Origin: an uncultured Planctomycetia bacterium
GTDB taxonomy: Bacteria > Omnitrophota > Gorgyraeia > Tantalellales > Tantalellaceae
DNA: 64,000 nucleotides
Direction: 5' to 3'
NCBI GenBank assembly: GCA_964527555.1
Contig: CAZGOG010000003.1
Location: 4,320-68,319 of the forward strand
Part shown: positions 10,822 through 21,014 of the stretch, piece after piece
How the letters are laid out: the number at the start of each line of letters is the position of its first letter
Position numbering within the stretch: the first letter of the stretch is position 1
Program-made: the position numbers and the translations under genes
Notes under the pieces: model-generated
What the model was told of the DNA's origin: nothing
The model's database searches: none
Seen by the model: only the letters and a program-made list of their open reading frames with translations

Positions 10822-11439
10822 ATGAGGCACTGTAATAAGAAAGGAAGACTTAACAGGAGGACAAGTTGGCGCAAAGCGACGCTTAAGAGCTTGGCGAACG
10901 ATCTGTTTACATACGAGAGGATAGAGACTACCCTGGCAAAAGCCAAGGCGCTTAGGGTCTTCGCGGAACCCTTGATAACGCTGGCTAAGAACAACCCCGG
11001 CTCGATAAATGCCAGGAGACAGGTTTTTCAGAAGCTTTGCGACAAAAGCGTTGTAAAGAGTCTTTTTACTGATATTGCTCCGCTTTACAAAGATATCTCT
11101 GGTGGATATACGCGCATAATCGCGCTTGGCGGAAGAAAAGGCGATGGGGCCCAGATGGCTATCATGGAGCTGACAAAAAGAACGGTCTCGGACGAAGAAC
11201 TTCTGGGGAAGAAAGAAGAGAAAAAGAAGCCGAAGAAAAAGGTGAAAGAGAAGAAAGAGCAGCCCGCAGAGGAGAAAGAGGCGAAAGGGGAGGTTCACCA
11301 CGTGGCTCCAGAAGTGGATATCGAGGAACAGGAAGAACGTTCTGTTGAAGACATCAAAAAGGAAAAAGCGAAAACCGAGCAGAAGAAGGTGACAAAGCAA
11401 GGTATTTTTAAGAGGTTTCGCAGAAAATCCATCGGGTAA
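10822..11439 (+). CDS. rplQ: 50S ribosomal protein L17 with an ~85-aa C-terminal extension
   Basis: ERIETTLAKAK, GGYTRII, RKGDGAQMAIMEL, then a Lys/Glu-rich tail. Confidence 0.96.
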   Translation: MRHCNKKGRLNRRTSWRKATLKSLANDLFTYERIETTLAKAKALRVFAEPLITLAKNNPGSINARRQVFQKLCDKSVVKSLFTDIAPLYKDISGGYTRIIALGGRKGDGAQMAIMELTKRTVSDEELLGKKEEKKKPKKKVKEKKEQPAEEKEAKGEVHHVAPEVDIEEQEERSVEDIKKEKAKTEQKKVTKQGIFKRFRRKSIG

Positions 11440-11461
11440 TCTTAATTTTGGTAGACATTTT

Positions 11462-11545
11462 GGGTCAAAGGTCATGAGTTTGGGGTCAAAGTACTGGCCC
11501 TAAAGTACCCTGCCTTTGACCCTTTTTATTTTTCCTTTCTTTTTG
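11462..11545 (+). terminator. Likely intrinsic terminator of the ribosomal superoperon
   Basis: GGGTCAAAG(G) arms at 11462 and 11483 pair with CCTTTGACCC (11513-11522), followed by a long T-rich tract. Confidence 0.6.
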
Positions 11546-11580
11546 GACTTTATAATCTCGTCTTTCGGAGGAAGAGAATC

Positions 11581-14193
11581 ATGAGTTCCGATCTTACGCC
11601 AATGATGAGGCAGTACCTGGAGATCAAAGAAGCGCACAAAGACGCCATCGTTTTCTTCAGGCTAGGCGACTTTTACGAGATGTTTTTTGATGACGCTATC
11701 GAAGCGACGCGCATCCTCCACATAACACTCACTTCAAGAGAATCCGGTAAGGGCAATAAGGTTCCGATGTGCGGCGTGCCGCATCACGCGGCCAATAATT
11801 ATATCGCCCGCCTGGTCAAGTGCGGCAAGAAAGTCGCGATATGCGATCAGGTGGAAGAGGCAGGCATCGGCAAAACAATCGTCCGCCGCGAGATAACCAA
11901 AATAATAACACCCGGTACTTTTCTGGCGGATGAACTTTTGGATGAAGCACTTAACAACTATATCCTTTCCTTTGACTCTAAGGGCGGAAAGTTCGGTCTG
12001 GCATACGCGGATATATCAACGGGTGAGTTCCGTGTCACCGAACTTGACAATAAATCGGATCTATTCAGCGAACTATACAAGATCTCCCCGGCCGAGTGCC
12101 TCATATCCGAAAGTTTCTCAAAGGATAAAGACTTCGCGGAGTACAAGGATATAAACCTGGGAGCTATAACTGTAAATGATGACTGGATGTTTGATTATGC
12201 GCTGTCGCTCAAGGAGATAAAGAGCCACTTTCTCGTGGAAAGCCTTGACGGGTTCGGGTGCCAGGGGTTGGAGACTGCAGTAGGGGCGGCAGGTGCGCTT
12301 TTAAAATACCTGAAAAAGACGCAGAAGAGGCCGCTTACGAATATCGATGCGATATCGACGTACCGGATGAATCAGTTCATGACGATGGATAGCAGCAGCC
12401 ACCGGCACTTAGAGCTGATTGAAAACCAGGAGGATTCTTCCGCTCGAGGGACGCTTCTCGAAGTGCTGGATAAGACCAAGACGCCTATGGGAAGGAGGAA
12501 ACTGAAGAAGTGGATACTGAACCCCCTTCTTGATGTAAGAGAGATAAACGAGAGGCTCGCTGCAGTGGAATATTTCTGCGACAATCCGGACACGAGGAAA
12601 GAGGTGAGGGGTTTTCTGGATGAGATATACGATATTGAGAGGCTTTCCAACAAGGTGAGCCTCTTGACGGCCAATGCCAGGGACATGGTGGCGCTCGCTT
12701 CTTCACTTAAGAATATCGCAAAACTCAGAAGCAGTTTTAAAAAGGATATGCCCGCTCTTCTTAAACGGCTTGTCAGCAAACTCGATGACTTTAAGGACGT
12801 AATCGCGTGGATCGGCGCGTGTCTGGTAGATGAGCCCCCCAATGCCATAAAAGAAGGCGGCTTGATAAGAAAGGGATACCATCCTGGGGTAGATGAGCTG
12901 CTTGAGCTTGTCTCAAGCGGCAAAGACTGGGTCGCGGAACTTCAGAAAAAGGAGATCGAAAGAACAGGCATCGGCTCCCTTAAAGTCGGCTATAACAGGG
13001 TCTTTGGCTATTATATCGAGGTCACCAATGTAAACCTTGATTCTGTGCCGGAGGATTATATCCGCAAACAGACCCTGGCTAATGCGGAAAGGTTTGTTAC
13101 CCGGGCTCTCAAAGAGCAGGAATCAAAAATAGTCGGGGCTCAGGATCGTATCAAGGGCCTGGAGTATGAGATATTCTGCACTCTTCGCGAAAAAGTGGGA
13201 GGCCAGATCGAAAGACTGAAAAGGACGGCTGATTCTGTGGCAGAGCTTGACGTGTTATCGAATCTTGGAGAGAGTGCCGCGGTGAACAGGTACACGCGTC
13301 CCAAGGTAACTAGCGGCAGCGTTTTACGCATCGTTGAAGGGCGCCATCCTGTTCTGGAAAACATCCTTAAAGATAAAGAGTTCGTCCCCAATGACATTTC
13401 TATGGATAATGATGAAAACCGCATATTCATAATCACCGGTTCGAATATGGCAGGTAAGTCCACAATGATACGCCAGACGGCGCTTATCACGATTATGGCG
13501 CAGATGGGCAGTTTCGTTCCCGTACGGGAAGCTGAGGTCGGCATAGTTGACCGGATCTTTACGCGTGTGGGGGCGTCGGACCGCCTGTATCGCGGTATGA
13601 GCACGTTTATGGTAGAGATGGTGGAGACGGCAAACATACTTAATAACGCTACCGGCAGGAGTCTTATCATACTGGACGAAATAGGCAGGGGCACAAGCAC
13701 TTTTGACGGCGTCTCCATAGCATGGGCCGTTGTCGAGTTCATACATCACAAGCTTCCCGGGGCCAAAGCGATGTTTGCCACGCATTATCATGAACTTACG
13801 GAGCTTATGCGCATCATGGGAGGCATAAAAAATTATCACCTTGCCATACAGGAGTGGGGCGAGGAGATAGTGTTCCTTTACAAGATGACCGAAGGAAGCT
13901 GCGACGAGAGTTTCGGTATACATGTGGCCAAACTTGCCGGTATGCCGGGCGGCGTTGTCAAACGCGCGCGCGAGATTTTAAGTAATCTCCAGAAAGATTC
14001 CTTCCAGGGTAACATCTGTTCGCGGTTTCTGGAGAAAAAGGAAGGAAAAGAGAAACAGTTTGATTTTTTTGAAGGGCCCTACCAGGGGCATCCGGTCATC
14101 GACAAGATAAGGGATCTTGATCTGGATAACCTGACTGGCGTGGAGGCCTTAAAGAGAATAGCCAAGTTCAAGGAAGAGCTTGGGGGGAAATAG
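11581..14193 (+). CDS. mutS: DNA mismatch repair protein MutS
   Basis: TPMMRQY, FRLGDFYEMF, TGSNMAGKST, STFMVEM, DEIGRGTST; C-terminal QFDFF resembles a clamp-binding motif. Confidence 0.98.
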   Translation: MSSDLTPMMRQYLEIKEAHKDAIVFFRLGDFYEMFFDDAIEATRILHITLTSRESGKGNKVPMCGVPHHAANNYIARLVKCGKKVAICDQVEEAGIGKTIVRREITKIITPGTFLADELLDEALNNYILSFDSKGGKFGLAYADISTGEFRVTELDNKSDLFSELYKISPAECLISESFSKDKDFAEYKDINLGAITVNDDWMFDYALSLKEIKSHFLVESLDGFGCQGLETAVGAAGALLKYLKKTQKRPLTNIDAISTYRMNQFMTMDSSSHRHLELIENQEDSSARGTLLEVLDKTKTPMGRRKLKKWILNPLLDVREINERLAAVEYFCDNPDTRKEVRGFLDEIYDIERLSNKVSLLTANARDMVALASSLKNIAKLRSSFKKDMPALLKRLVSKLDDFKDVIAWIGACLVDEPPNAIKEGGLIRKGYHPGVDELLELVSSGKDWVAELQKKEIERTGIGSLKVGYNRVFGYYIEVTNVNLDSVPEDYIRKQTLANAERFVTRALKEQESKIVGAQDRIKGLEYEIFCTLREKVGGQIERLKRTADSVAELDVLSNLGESAAVNRYTRPKVTSGSVLRIVEGRHPVLENILKDKEFVPNDISMDNDENRIFIITGSNMAGKSTMIRQTALITIMAQMGSFVPVREAEVGIVDRIFTRVGASDRLYRGMSTFMVEMVETANILNNATGRSLIILDEIGRGTSTFDGVSIAWAVVEFIHHKLPGAKAMFATHYHELTELMRIMGGIKNYHLAIQEWGEEIVFLYKMTEGSCDESFGIHVAKLAGMPGGVVKRAREILSNLQKDSFQGNICSRFLEKKEGKEKQFDFFEGPYQGHPVIDKIRDLDLDNLTGVEALKRIAKFKEELGGK

Positions 14194-14218
14194 GGGGATT
14201 CTGAAGGGGATGAGTGTT

Positions 14219-16009
14219 ATGACCAAGATTAATATATTAAGCGAAGAGGTCATAGGCAAGATATCTGCAGGAGAAGTGGTGGAGCGTCCCGCTTCAGCCG
14301 TTAAGGAGCTCATTGAAAACTCCATTGATGCCGGTGCGGACAGCGTGGCAGTTGAGCTTGAGGCAGCCGGCCAGTCCCTGATACGGGTGGCTGATAACGG
14401 CGAAGGGATGACTTCTGAAGACGCTAAGATCGCTTGCCACAGGCACTCCACGAGTAAAATCAAATATACAAGCGATCTTGATCATATAGACACCCTGGGG
14501 TTCAGGGGGGAAGCGCTTTCAAGCATAGCCAGCGTTTCACAGATGGATATTACCAGCTCGAGCAGGTCTAAGGGTAAGGACGCGGGTATCTATCTTTATC
14601 TGGAAAGCGGTGAGATTCTTAAAAGCCGTCCGGCAGGCCGCGCTCTCGGCACGACTGTCGAGGTGAGGAACCTTTTCTATAACGTGCCGGCACGCCGGAA
14701 GTTCCTGAAAAAAGAATCGACGGAACTAGCCGAGATCGTCAACGTCGTCGGCAGGTTCATAGTTGCGTATCCGCATATCGAGTTTAAATTAACGCATGGT
14801 GACAGATGCCTGTTACATGCCACTAAAGACATGGCACTCTTGGAAAGGGTCCAGCTTGTCCTCGGAGGCGATGCAGGTAAGGATCTGGTGGAAGTAAGAT
14901 CCCGGGAAGGCAAGTACGGGATATCCGGCTATATAAGCCGCCCTTCAAGTACACGTAAGGATAAACGTTCGCAATTGTTTTTTGTCAACGGCCGGTTCAT
15001 AAGGAGCAAGCCTCTGGCTGACGCCGTTTATGATGCTTACAGGAGCCTTTTGGAAAGGGGAAGATATCCCGCAGTCGTTTTGTTTATGCAGGTCTCGCCC
15101 GAAGAGGTCGACGTGAACGTGCATCCCACGAAACAGGAGATAAAGTTCGGAGATGAGAAGGAGGTAAAAGACGCTGTTACCAGGGCTATCAAAGACCAGT
15201 TCAGCCGGATAAAGGAGGACGGAACTTGCGGTACACCCCTTTTAGCGGCCGGAGCGCCTGTATCCGGAGAAGCGGAAAGTGCCGTTTTATCTGATGTTGC
15301 GCCGGCTCAGACCGAATTTTCCTATGATCTGGAGAAGTCATCTGTCTCTTCCAAAATGGATGCGACTGAGAAGAAAAGGAACAGCTGGTCCGAAGATAGA
15401 ATGACGGACTCCCGCGGCGATGGACAGAAAGCTCTATCGAAAAGAGAGGAAGACATCTTTCAGGTAGGCGCCTCGTATATCGTGCGAATCGGAAAAGATT
15501 CCATAAAGATCATTGATCAGCATGCGGCCCATGAAAGGGTCTTTTACGAGTTTTTCAGCAAGGCTTCAGAGAGCCGCCCCGTGGAAGTCCAGAACCTTTT
15601 GTTCCCGATACGTATTGATCTTTCCGCGTCTGAAGCGGTTCTCATGGAGAAAATTACGGGAAACTTTAAAACCCTGGGTTTTTATATCGAGGCGTTCGGC
15701 GACAATTCGTTCATAGTGCAGGCCGTCCCGGCAGTTTTAAGGGACCGTGACATCAAAACGGTAATCTACGATATCCTGACGGATCTGGCTTCCCGCGATC
15801 TGGCCAAGATAAATATAATCGATGAACTGGTCAAGCTGACGTCATGCCGCGCGGCGATTAAAGCGGGCGACGATTTGAGTAAAGAGGAGATGTACGCGGT
15901 TTTGAATGAGTTGGAGAAGTGTGAACTGCCCTTCACCTGTCCCCACGGCAGGCCCACCGTCTTGGAGATAACGCTCGAAGAGCTTGAGAAGAGGTTCAGA
16001 AGAAAGTAG
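14219..16009 (+). CDS. mutL: DNA mismatch repair endonuclease MutL
   Basis: AGEVVERPAS, GFRGEAL, endonuclease motif DQHAAHERVFYE, CPHGRP; start could be 14210 or 14219. Confidence 0.97.
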   Translation: MTKINILSEEVIGKISAGEVVERPASAVKELIENSIDAGADSVAVELEAAGQSLIRVADNGEGMTSEDAKIACHRHSTSKIKYTSDLDHIDTLGFRGEALSSIASVSQMDITSSSRSKGKDAGIYLYLESGEILKSRPAGRALGTTVEVRNLFYNVPARRKFLKKESTELAEIVNVVGRFIVAYPHIEFKLTHGDRCLLHATKDMALLERVQLVLGGDAGKDLVEVRSREGKYGISGYISRPSSTRKDKRSQLFFVNGRFIRSKPLADAVYDAYRSLLERGRYPAVVLFMQVSPEEVDVNVHPTKQEIKFGDEKEVKDAVTRAIKDQFSRIKEDGTCGTPLLAAGAPVSGEAESAVLSDVAPAQTEFSYDLEKSSVSSKMDATEKKRNSWSEDRMTDSRGDGQKALSKREEDIFQVGASYIVRIGKDSIKIIDQHAAHERVFYEFFSKASESRPVEVQNLLFPIRIDLSASEAVLMEKITGNFKTLGFYIEAFGDNSFIVQAVPAVLRDRDIKTVIYDILTDLASRDLAKINIIDELVKLTSCRAAIKAGDDLSKEEMYAVLNELEKCELPFTCPHGRPTVLEITLEELEKRFRRK

Positions 16010-16012
16010 GAG

Positions 16013-16672
16013 ATGAGCGAGATGGATAGAATCAAGGCCGGAAAAATATACTCTGTATTGGAGAAGGAATATCCGCAAGCCACCACCGCTCTAAGACATA
16101 AAAATCCGTTTCAGCTCCTGGTAGCGACGATACTGTCCGCGCAGTGTACGGATGAGCGCGTCAATAAAGTCACAAAGGATTTATTCAAGAAATATAAAAA
16201 AGCGGAAGATTTTGCAAAAGTTAAAAATTCCGTTCTTGAGAAGGAAATACGTTCCACGGGTTTTTATAAGAATAAAGCGAAGAATATCATCGCCTCCTCC
16301 AGGAGTATTGCCGGTGACTTCTCCGGGAAGGTTCCGGATAGGATGGAGGAACTTGTTTCTCTTCCGGGTGTTGCCCGCAAGACCGCTAATATCGTGCTTT
16401 TCCATGCTTACGGAAAGAACGTAGGGATAGCGGTTGACACTCATGTGCGCCGCGTAAGCGGAAGGCTGGCCCTTACTGCCCAAAGCGACCCAGTAAAGAT
16501 CGAGGAGGACCTCATGGCGCTTTTCGACCGGGGGAAATGGGGCAGTCTTTCCAATCTTCTTATATCACACGGACGAAAAGTGTGTGACGCACGCAGACCT
16601 TTGTGCCCCGAGTGCCCCCTTAAGGGGTTATGCGCTTCTTTCAAAGAGTTTTATCCTGAGTCTGCAAAATAG
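16013..16672 (+). CDS. nth: Endonuclease III
   Basis: LSAQCTDERVN, HhH LPGVARKTAN, VDTHV, 4Fe-4S motif C-x6-C-x2-C-x5-C. Confidence 0.97.
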   Translation: MSEMDRIKAGKIYSVLEKEYPQATTALRHKNPFQLLVATILSAQCTDERVNKVTKDLFKKYKKAEDFAKVKNSVLEKEIRSTGFYKNKAKNIIASSRSIAGDFSGKVPDRMEELVSLPGVARKTANIVLFHAYGKNVGIAVDTHVRRVSGRLALTAQSDPVKIEEDLMALFDRGKWGSLSNLLISHGRKVCDARRPLCPECPLKGLCASFKEFYPESAK

Positions 16673-16711
16673 AGATCACGGTAGCCGGCGGCAAGAAAGG
16701 ATATAGCTAAT

Positions 16712-17584
16712 ATGGGAAGAAAATTCAAGAAAACCGCACTTTTTATAATCCTGCTGATCTTATTGGCATTTACCCCCGGCTTTATAAACAGCAGTATCTT
16801 CGCCCCCTACAGAGAGGAGATAATAGACTGGATGAGGGATCTGCCGCTCTTTAACGCTGGGCGTTATAAATCTTTCCGGAACGAAGTGCTCCCGGAGATA
16901 GTCATAATAACACTTAAAAACGGCGGCAAGATTACAGGCGTTATCCAGGAGGAAAAGCCTGGCGGGATCATGGTGGATGCCGGGTTCGGCACTGTCACGA
17001 TCACGAGAAGCGAGATTGAGAGAATAGACGAGCCCGCACCCGGCGATAAAGAAAAGATATCAGAAGAGTGGCAAGAGCACGCTTTCCAGACTACGAGTAT
17101 TACCAGGAGCGCGGCAAGAAAGGATATAGAGGAGTATTATAAACGGGTGGAGGAAAACCTCAAGATCAAAGGGGAGGTAACAAAGCGCGGCATAGAAGTA
17201 AGGTATTATGGCTCGGAAGAAAACAGGATCATCGTCGAAGCTGTTTTGAACGGCAGGATCAAGACGTTGATGATAGTGGATACAGGCGCGACCAGTGTAT
17301 GCATTACGCCGGAAATCGCCAAAAGGTTAGGGGGTATCCCGGAAGATACTTCAAAGAGGACTAAAGTAAAGTGGGTTGACGGTACTGTAACTGAAGCGAT
17401 CCCCGCGGTCTTAACGTCAGTAAAAATCGGCGAAGCGAAAGCGGAAAATGTCAGCGCCCTGGTGTCCGATATGCCTCCCTTCTTCGACCCGAGGGTAAGC
17501 GGTCTTCTGGGGATGAGTTTCTTGAATAAATTCCACGTTACTATCGATCCGGTCGGTAAAAACTTAATACTGGAGGAGAAATAA
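16712..17584 (+). CDS. Membrane-anchored or exported retropepsin-like (clan AA) aspartic protease
   Basis: N-terminal hydrophobic segment; IVDTGAT catalytic motif and LLGMSFL. Confidence 0.8.
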   Translation: MGRKFKKTALFIILLILLAFTPGFINSSIFAPYREEIIDWMRDLPLFNAGRYKSFRNEVLPEIVIITLKNGGKITGVIQEEKPGGIMVDAGFGTVTITRSEIERIDEPAPGDKEKISEEWQEHAFQTTSITRSAARKDIEEYYKRVEENLKIKGEVTKRGIEVRYYGSEENRIIVEAVLNGRIKTLMIVDTGATSVCITPEIAKRLGGIPEDTSKRTKVKWVDGTVTEAIPAVLTSVKIGEAKAENVSALVSDMPPFFDPRVSGLLGMSFLNKFHVTIDPVGKNLILEEK

Positions 17585-17586
17585 AG

Positions 17587-18411
17587 ATGAAAATAGCAGG
17601 TATAAAACTATCCCGTAAACCAAAATCATATTTTGCAGGGGTGCTACTGGTGGTATGCATACTTGTAATCACAGGTTTCAGCCAGAGGGTAGAAAGCCGT
17701 GGCGATATAAATGAGGCGTTAGTTTCTGATGTGGTAGATGGGGATACTATTATGCTGGTTGGAGGCAGACGCTTGCGGTACATCGGGATTAACACACCTG
17801 AGATTATGAAACGTTTTGGCGCCCGATGGCAATATGCCCCAGAGCCGTTTGCCCAAAAAGCGAAGGACTATAATAGGGCTCTCATTGGAGAGAGAAAGAT
17901 TCGTCTTGAATATGATAAGGATAAAGAGGATGCGTATGGACGTCTGCTAGCGTACGCGTATAACTATAACGGGGAAATGATCAATTCTAAAATGATCTCC
18001 GAAGGATACGCTTCAGTTTACACATTTCCGCCTAATGTTAAATATTATGATCTTTTTTTAAAAGCGCAGGAAGAAGCCATAGCAAATAGGCGGGGCATAT
18101 GGAGCGGTCTGGAAGTGATATCTGCGGGGGAGGCTTTAGGACATATCGGAGAATACAGGATAGTACGGGGACTCGTTACGGATGTCCTTGTATTGCCTCA
18201 AGGCATTTTCTTTTATTTTGGACCCGAGAAAAGCGGGCTTTTCCGAGCGGTGATATTTATAAGGAATCTTTCTCTTTTCAAAGAGAAGGGAATAGATCCC
18301 GAAAGCGAGTATCTGGATAAACATGTTGAGCTGACGGGAAGGATCGAGTCTGCCAAAGGAGCGCAGATGATTCTTGATAATCCCTCGCAAATAAAAGTTA
18401 TAGAGCAATAG
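17587..18411 (+). CDS. Thermonuclease (SNase) family protein with a C-terminal OB-like domain
   Basis: Signal/TM segment; VVDGDT, RYIGINTPE, DAYGRLLAY. Confidence 0.88.
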   Translation: MKIAGIKLSRKPKSYFAGVLLVVCILVITGFSQRVESRGDINEALVSDVVDGDTIMLVGGRRLRYIGINTPEIMKRFGARWQYAPEPFAQKAKDYNRALIGERKIRLEYDKDKEDAYGRLLAYAYNYNGEMINSKMISEGYASVYTFPPNVKYYDLFLKAQEEAIANRRGIWSGLEVISAGEALGHIGEYRIVRGLVTDVLVLPQGIFFYFGPEKSGLFRAVIFIRNLSLFKEKGIDPESEYLDKHVELTGRIESAKGAQMILDNPSQIKVIEQ

Positions 18412-18573
18412 GTTAAGCGACCATAAATCCAGGCGGGATTTTTTCCCTTTAAAAACCTTCAAATCCCTTTAAATGGGGGAAATTATTACTGCTTGTAATA
18501 CTAAGAATATTATGATATTTTAATCTAATCTTTATAATACAATAAACGGGGTTATTGCTAAAGGCAGGTAGGA

Positions 18574-19740
18574 ATGAAACTAGCAAAGAGGATTATGTCA
18601 ATAGAACCCTCCGTGACTTTGGGTATTACCTCAAAAGCCAAAGAGATGGTCTCTTCAGGCGAGGATGTAGTAATTCTGGCTGCCGGAGAACCTGATTTTG
18701 ATACTCCGGAGGCGGTGAAAGAAGCGGCGATAAAGGCTATACGTGAGGGGAAGACCAAGTATACTCCTGTAGTCGGAACACAGGCGCTCAGGGAGGCTAT
18801 CTGCCGCAAACTGAAAAATGATAACGGTTTAGGCTATGAGCCCAGTGAGGTGGTGGTTTCAAACGGGGCGAAACATTCACTTTATAACATCCTGCAGGTT
18901 ATATGCAATCCCGGTGATGAGGTTTTAATTATCTCTCCTTACTGGCTGAGTTATCCCGAGATGGTAAAATTAGCCGGCGGCGTGCCCAAGATATTGCCGA
19001 TGCGTACGGAAAACGGTTTTAAAATTAATGCAGGTGATATCAAATCTTCTTTGACCGGCAAGACACGCGCCCTGATCATAAACAGCCCTTCAAACCCTGC
19101 CGGTGTGGTTTACACCAGGGATGAGCTGGCGATGATAGCGGGGACTTGCGTTGAAGCGGGCATTACCATAATAAGCGATGAGATATACGAGAAGATAATC
19201 TTTGATAACGAGAAGCATTTTTCCATCGCCGCTTCTTCGCCGGAAGCGCGTTCCATGACGGTTGTCGTAAACGGTCTGTCAAAAAGCCATTCGATGACCG
19301 GCTGGAGGATGGGATACGCCGCCGGAGATAAAGAGATGATGAAGAAGATCTCTATTCTTCAGGGGCAATCGACGTCGAACGCCTGCTCCATAACCCAGGC
19401 GGCATCAGAAAGAGCTTTAGCAGGCGACCTGGAAGAAGAGATTAAGCGCAATTGCAGGGAATTCGAAAAGCGCAGGGATGTTCTTATGGGCCTTCTTGCG
19501 CGGGAAGAGAAGATAAAGCCTTTCAAACCGAAGGGTGCGTTTTATCTGTTCTGTGATATATCAAGATGCGGGATGGATTCTTTGACTTTTGCAAAAAGGC
19601 TTCTCGCCGAGAAACGCGTCGCAGTAATACCGGGAGGGCCTTTCGGGGCAGATGGTTTCATCCGCATGAGTTTTGCAACAAAAGTAGAAAATTTGGAGAA
19701 GGGAATAAGTAGAATAAAAGATTGGGTGAGGAGCGTATGA
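18574..19740 (+). CDS. aspC: PLP-dependent class I aminotransferase (aspartate aminotransferase-like)
   Basis: AGEPDFDTP, INSPSNP, SDEIYE, LSKSHSMTGWRMG. Confidence 0.88.
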   Translation: MKLAKRIMSIEPSVTLGITSKAKEMVSSGEDVVILAAGEPDFDTPEAVKEAAIKAIREGKTKYTPVVGTQALREAICRKLKNDNGLGYEPSEVVVSNGAKHSLYNILQVICNPGDEVLIISPYWLSYPEMVKLAGGVPKILPMRTENGFKINAGDIKSSLTGKTRALIINSPSNPAGVVYTRDELAMIAGTCVEAGITIISDEIYEKIIFDNEKHFSIAASSPEARSMTVVVNGLSKSHSMTGWRMGYAAGDKEMMKKISILQGQSTSNACSITQAASERALAGDLEEEIKRNCREFEKRRDVLMGLLAREEKIKPFKPKGAFYLFCDISRCGMDSLTFAKRLLAEKRVAVIPGGPFGADGFIRMSFATKVENLEKGISRIKDWVRSV

Positions 19741-20999
19741 GGCAGACTATTGCAGAAAAAATATTATCAGCGCATTCAGCGTCTCGTGCAAGGGCAGGGG
19801 ACATCGTCATCGCGAATATAGATTTTTGTTTCGGCCAGGACGGGACAAGCGGCATGATAATCGACAGTTTCCGCAGACTGGGCAGGGAAAGCGTCTTTGA
19901 TGAGGAAAAGTTCTGTATGGTTCTGGACCATTCATCTCCCAGCCCGAACATAGGCGTCTCCGCCATACACGATAAGATCAGGAGTTTCGCGAAAGAGTTC
20001 GGCGTGACAGTCTTTGATATAGGATGCGGCGTATGCCATCAGATAGTTCCCGAATCGGGTTTTGTTGCCTGCGGGGACCTTGTCCTGGGGGCCGATTCCC
20101 ATACATGCACGTATGGTGCGATCAATGTGCTTTCTACCGGCGTAGGGTCGACGGATCTTGCGATAGCTCTGGCGAGCGGGAAGAACTGGTTTAAAGTACC
20201 CGAGACGATAAAGATTATCGCCAACGGCCAGATCCCCAAAGGAGTATATTCGAAAGACGTTATCTTGAGTATTATAGGGGATGTAACTGCGGACGGGGCG
20301 ACATACCAGGCTGTTGAATTCTACGGGGAAGTGATAGACGCTTTGAGCGTTGATGCGCGTTTTACTGTTTCAAACATGGCTGTTGAAATGGGCGCTAAAT
20401 GCGGTCTCATGAAAGCGGACAAAAAGACGATGGACTGGGTAAAAAGGCATTCCATCAGGGAGGCCCGTCCTGTCGAAGCTGATGAGGATGCCCGGTATGT
20501 GGATGTGCGCGAATATGACTTTTCGCTTCTTACGCCGCAAGTAGCGCGGCCCCATACTGTTGACAATGTCTGCAGTGTGGAAGAAGTTGAAGGCACTCCG
20601 ATAAACGAGGTGTACATCGGCACATGTACTAACGGCAGGCTGGAGGACCTTGAGATCGCGGCAAAAGTGCTGAAGGGCAAGAGGGTAGCTAAAGGCATGA
20701 AACTTATAATCACGCCCGCTTCACGGAAGATATATCTGGATTCTTTGAAGAAAGGCTATATAGAGACGTTTATAAATGCCGGGGGTATCGTAAACAACCC
20801 GGGATGCGGTCCGTGTGTCGGAACACATCAGGGAGTGCTTGCCGACGGGGAAAGCGCTTTTTCTACCGCCAACAGGAACTTCAAAGGGCGGATGGGTAAC
20901 CCGAATGCGAGCATATATCTTGGCAGTCCCGCAACGGCAGCCGCTACCGCGGTAGCGGGTAAGATACAAGACCCGCGGCAGTACAAAAGGAAACTCTAG
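19737..20999 (+). CDS. leuC: 3-isopropylmalate dehydratase / homoaconitase large subunit (short, archaeal-like type)
   Basis: GADSHTCTYGA, IGTCTNGR, PGCGPC, TANRNFKGRMG; ATGA overlap with the upstream gene. Confidence 0.88.
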   Translation: MRQTIAEKILSAHSASRARAGDIVIANIDFCFGQDGTSGMIIDSFRRLGRESVFDEEKFCMVLDHSSPSPNIGVSAIHDKIRSFAKEFGVTVFDIGCGVCHQIVPESGFVACGDLVLGADSHTCTYGAINVLSTGVGSTDLAIALASGKNWFKVPETIKIIANGQIPKGVYSKDVILSIIGDVTADGATYQAVEFYGEVIDALSVDARFTVSNMAVEMGAKCGLMKADKKTMDWVKRHSIREARPVEADEDARYVDVREYDFSLLTPQVARPHTVDNVCSVEEVEGTPINEVYIGTCTNGRLEDLEIAAKVLKGKRVAKGMKLIITPASRKIYLDSLKKGYIETFINAGGIVNNPGCGPCVGTHQGVLADGESAFSTANRNFKGRMGNPNASIYLGSPATAAATAVAGKIQDPRQYKRKL

Positions 21000-21014
21000 A
21001 AAAAGGGAGATTAT

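Noticed and set aside
617-11475. Many long minus-strand ORFs over the ribosomal operon (e.g. 1134-1811, 2936-3718, 4205-5020, 10750-11475)
   Set aside because: They are antisense shadows of unambiguous + strand genes and show no recognisable motifs
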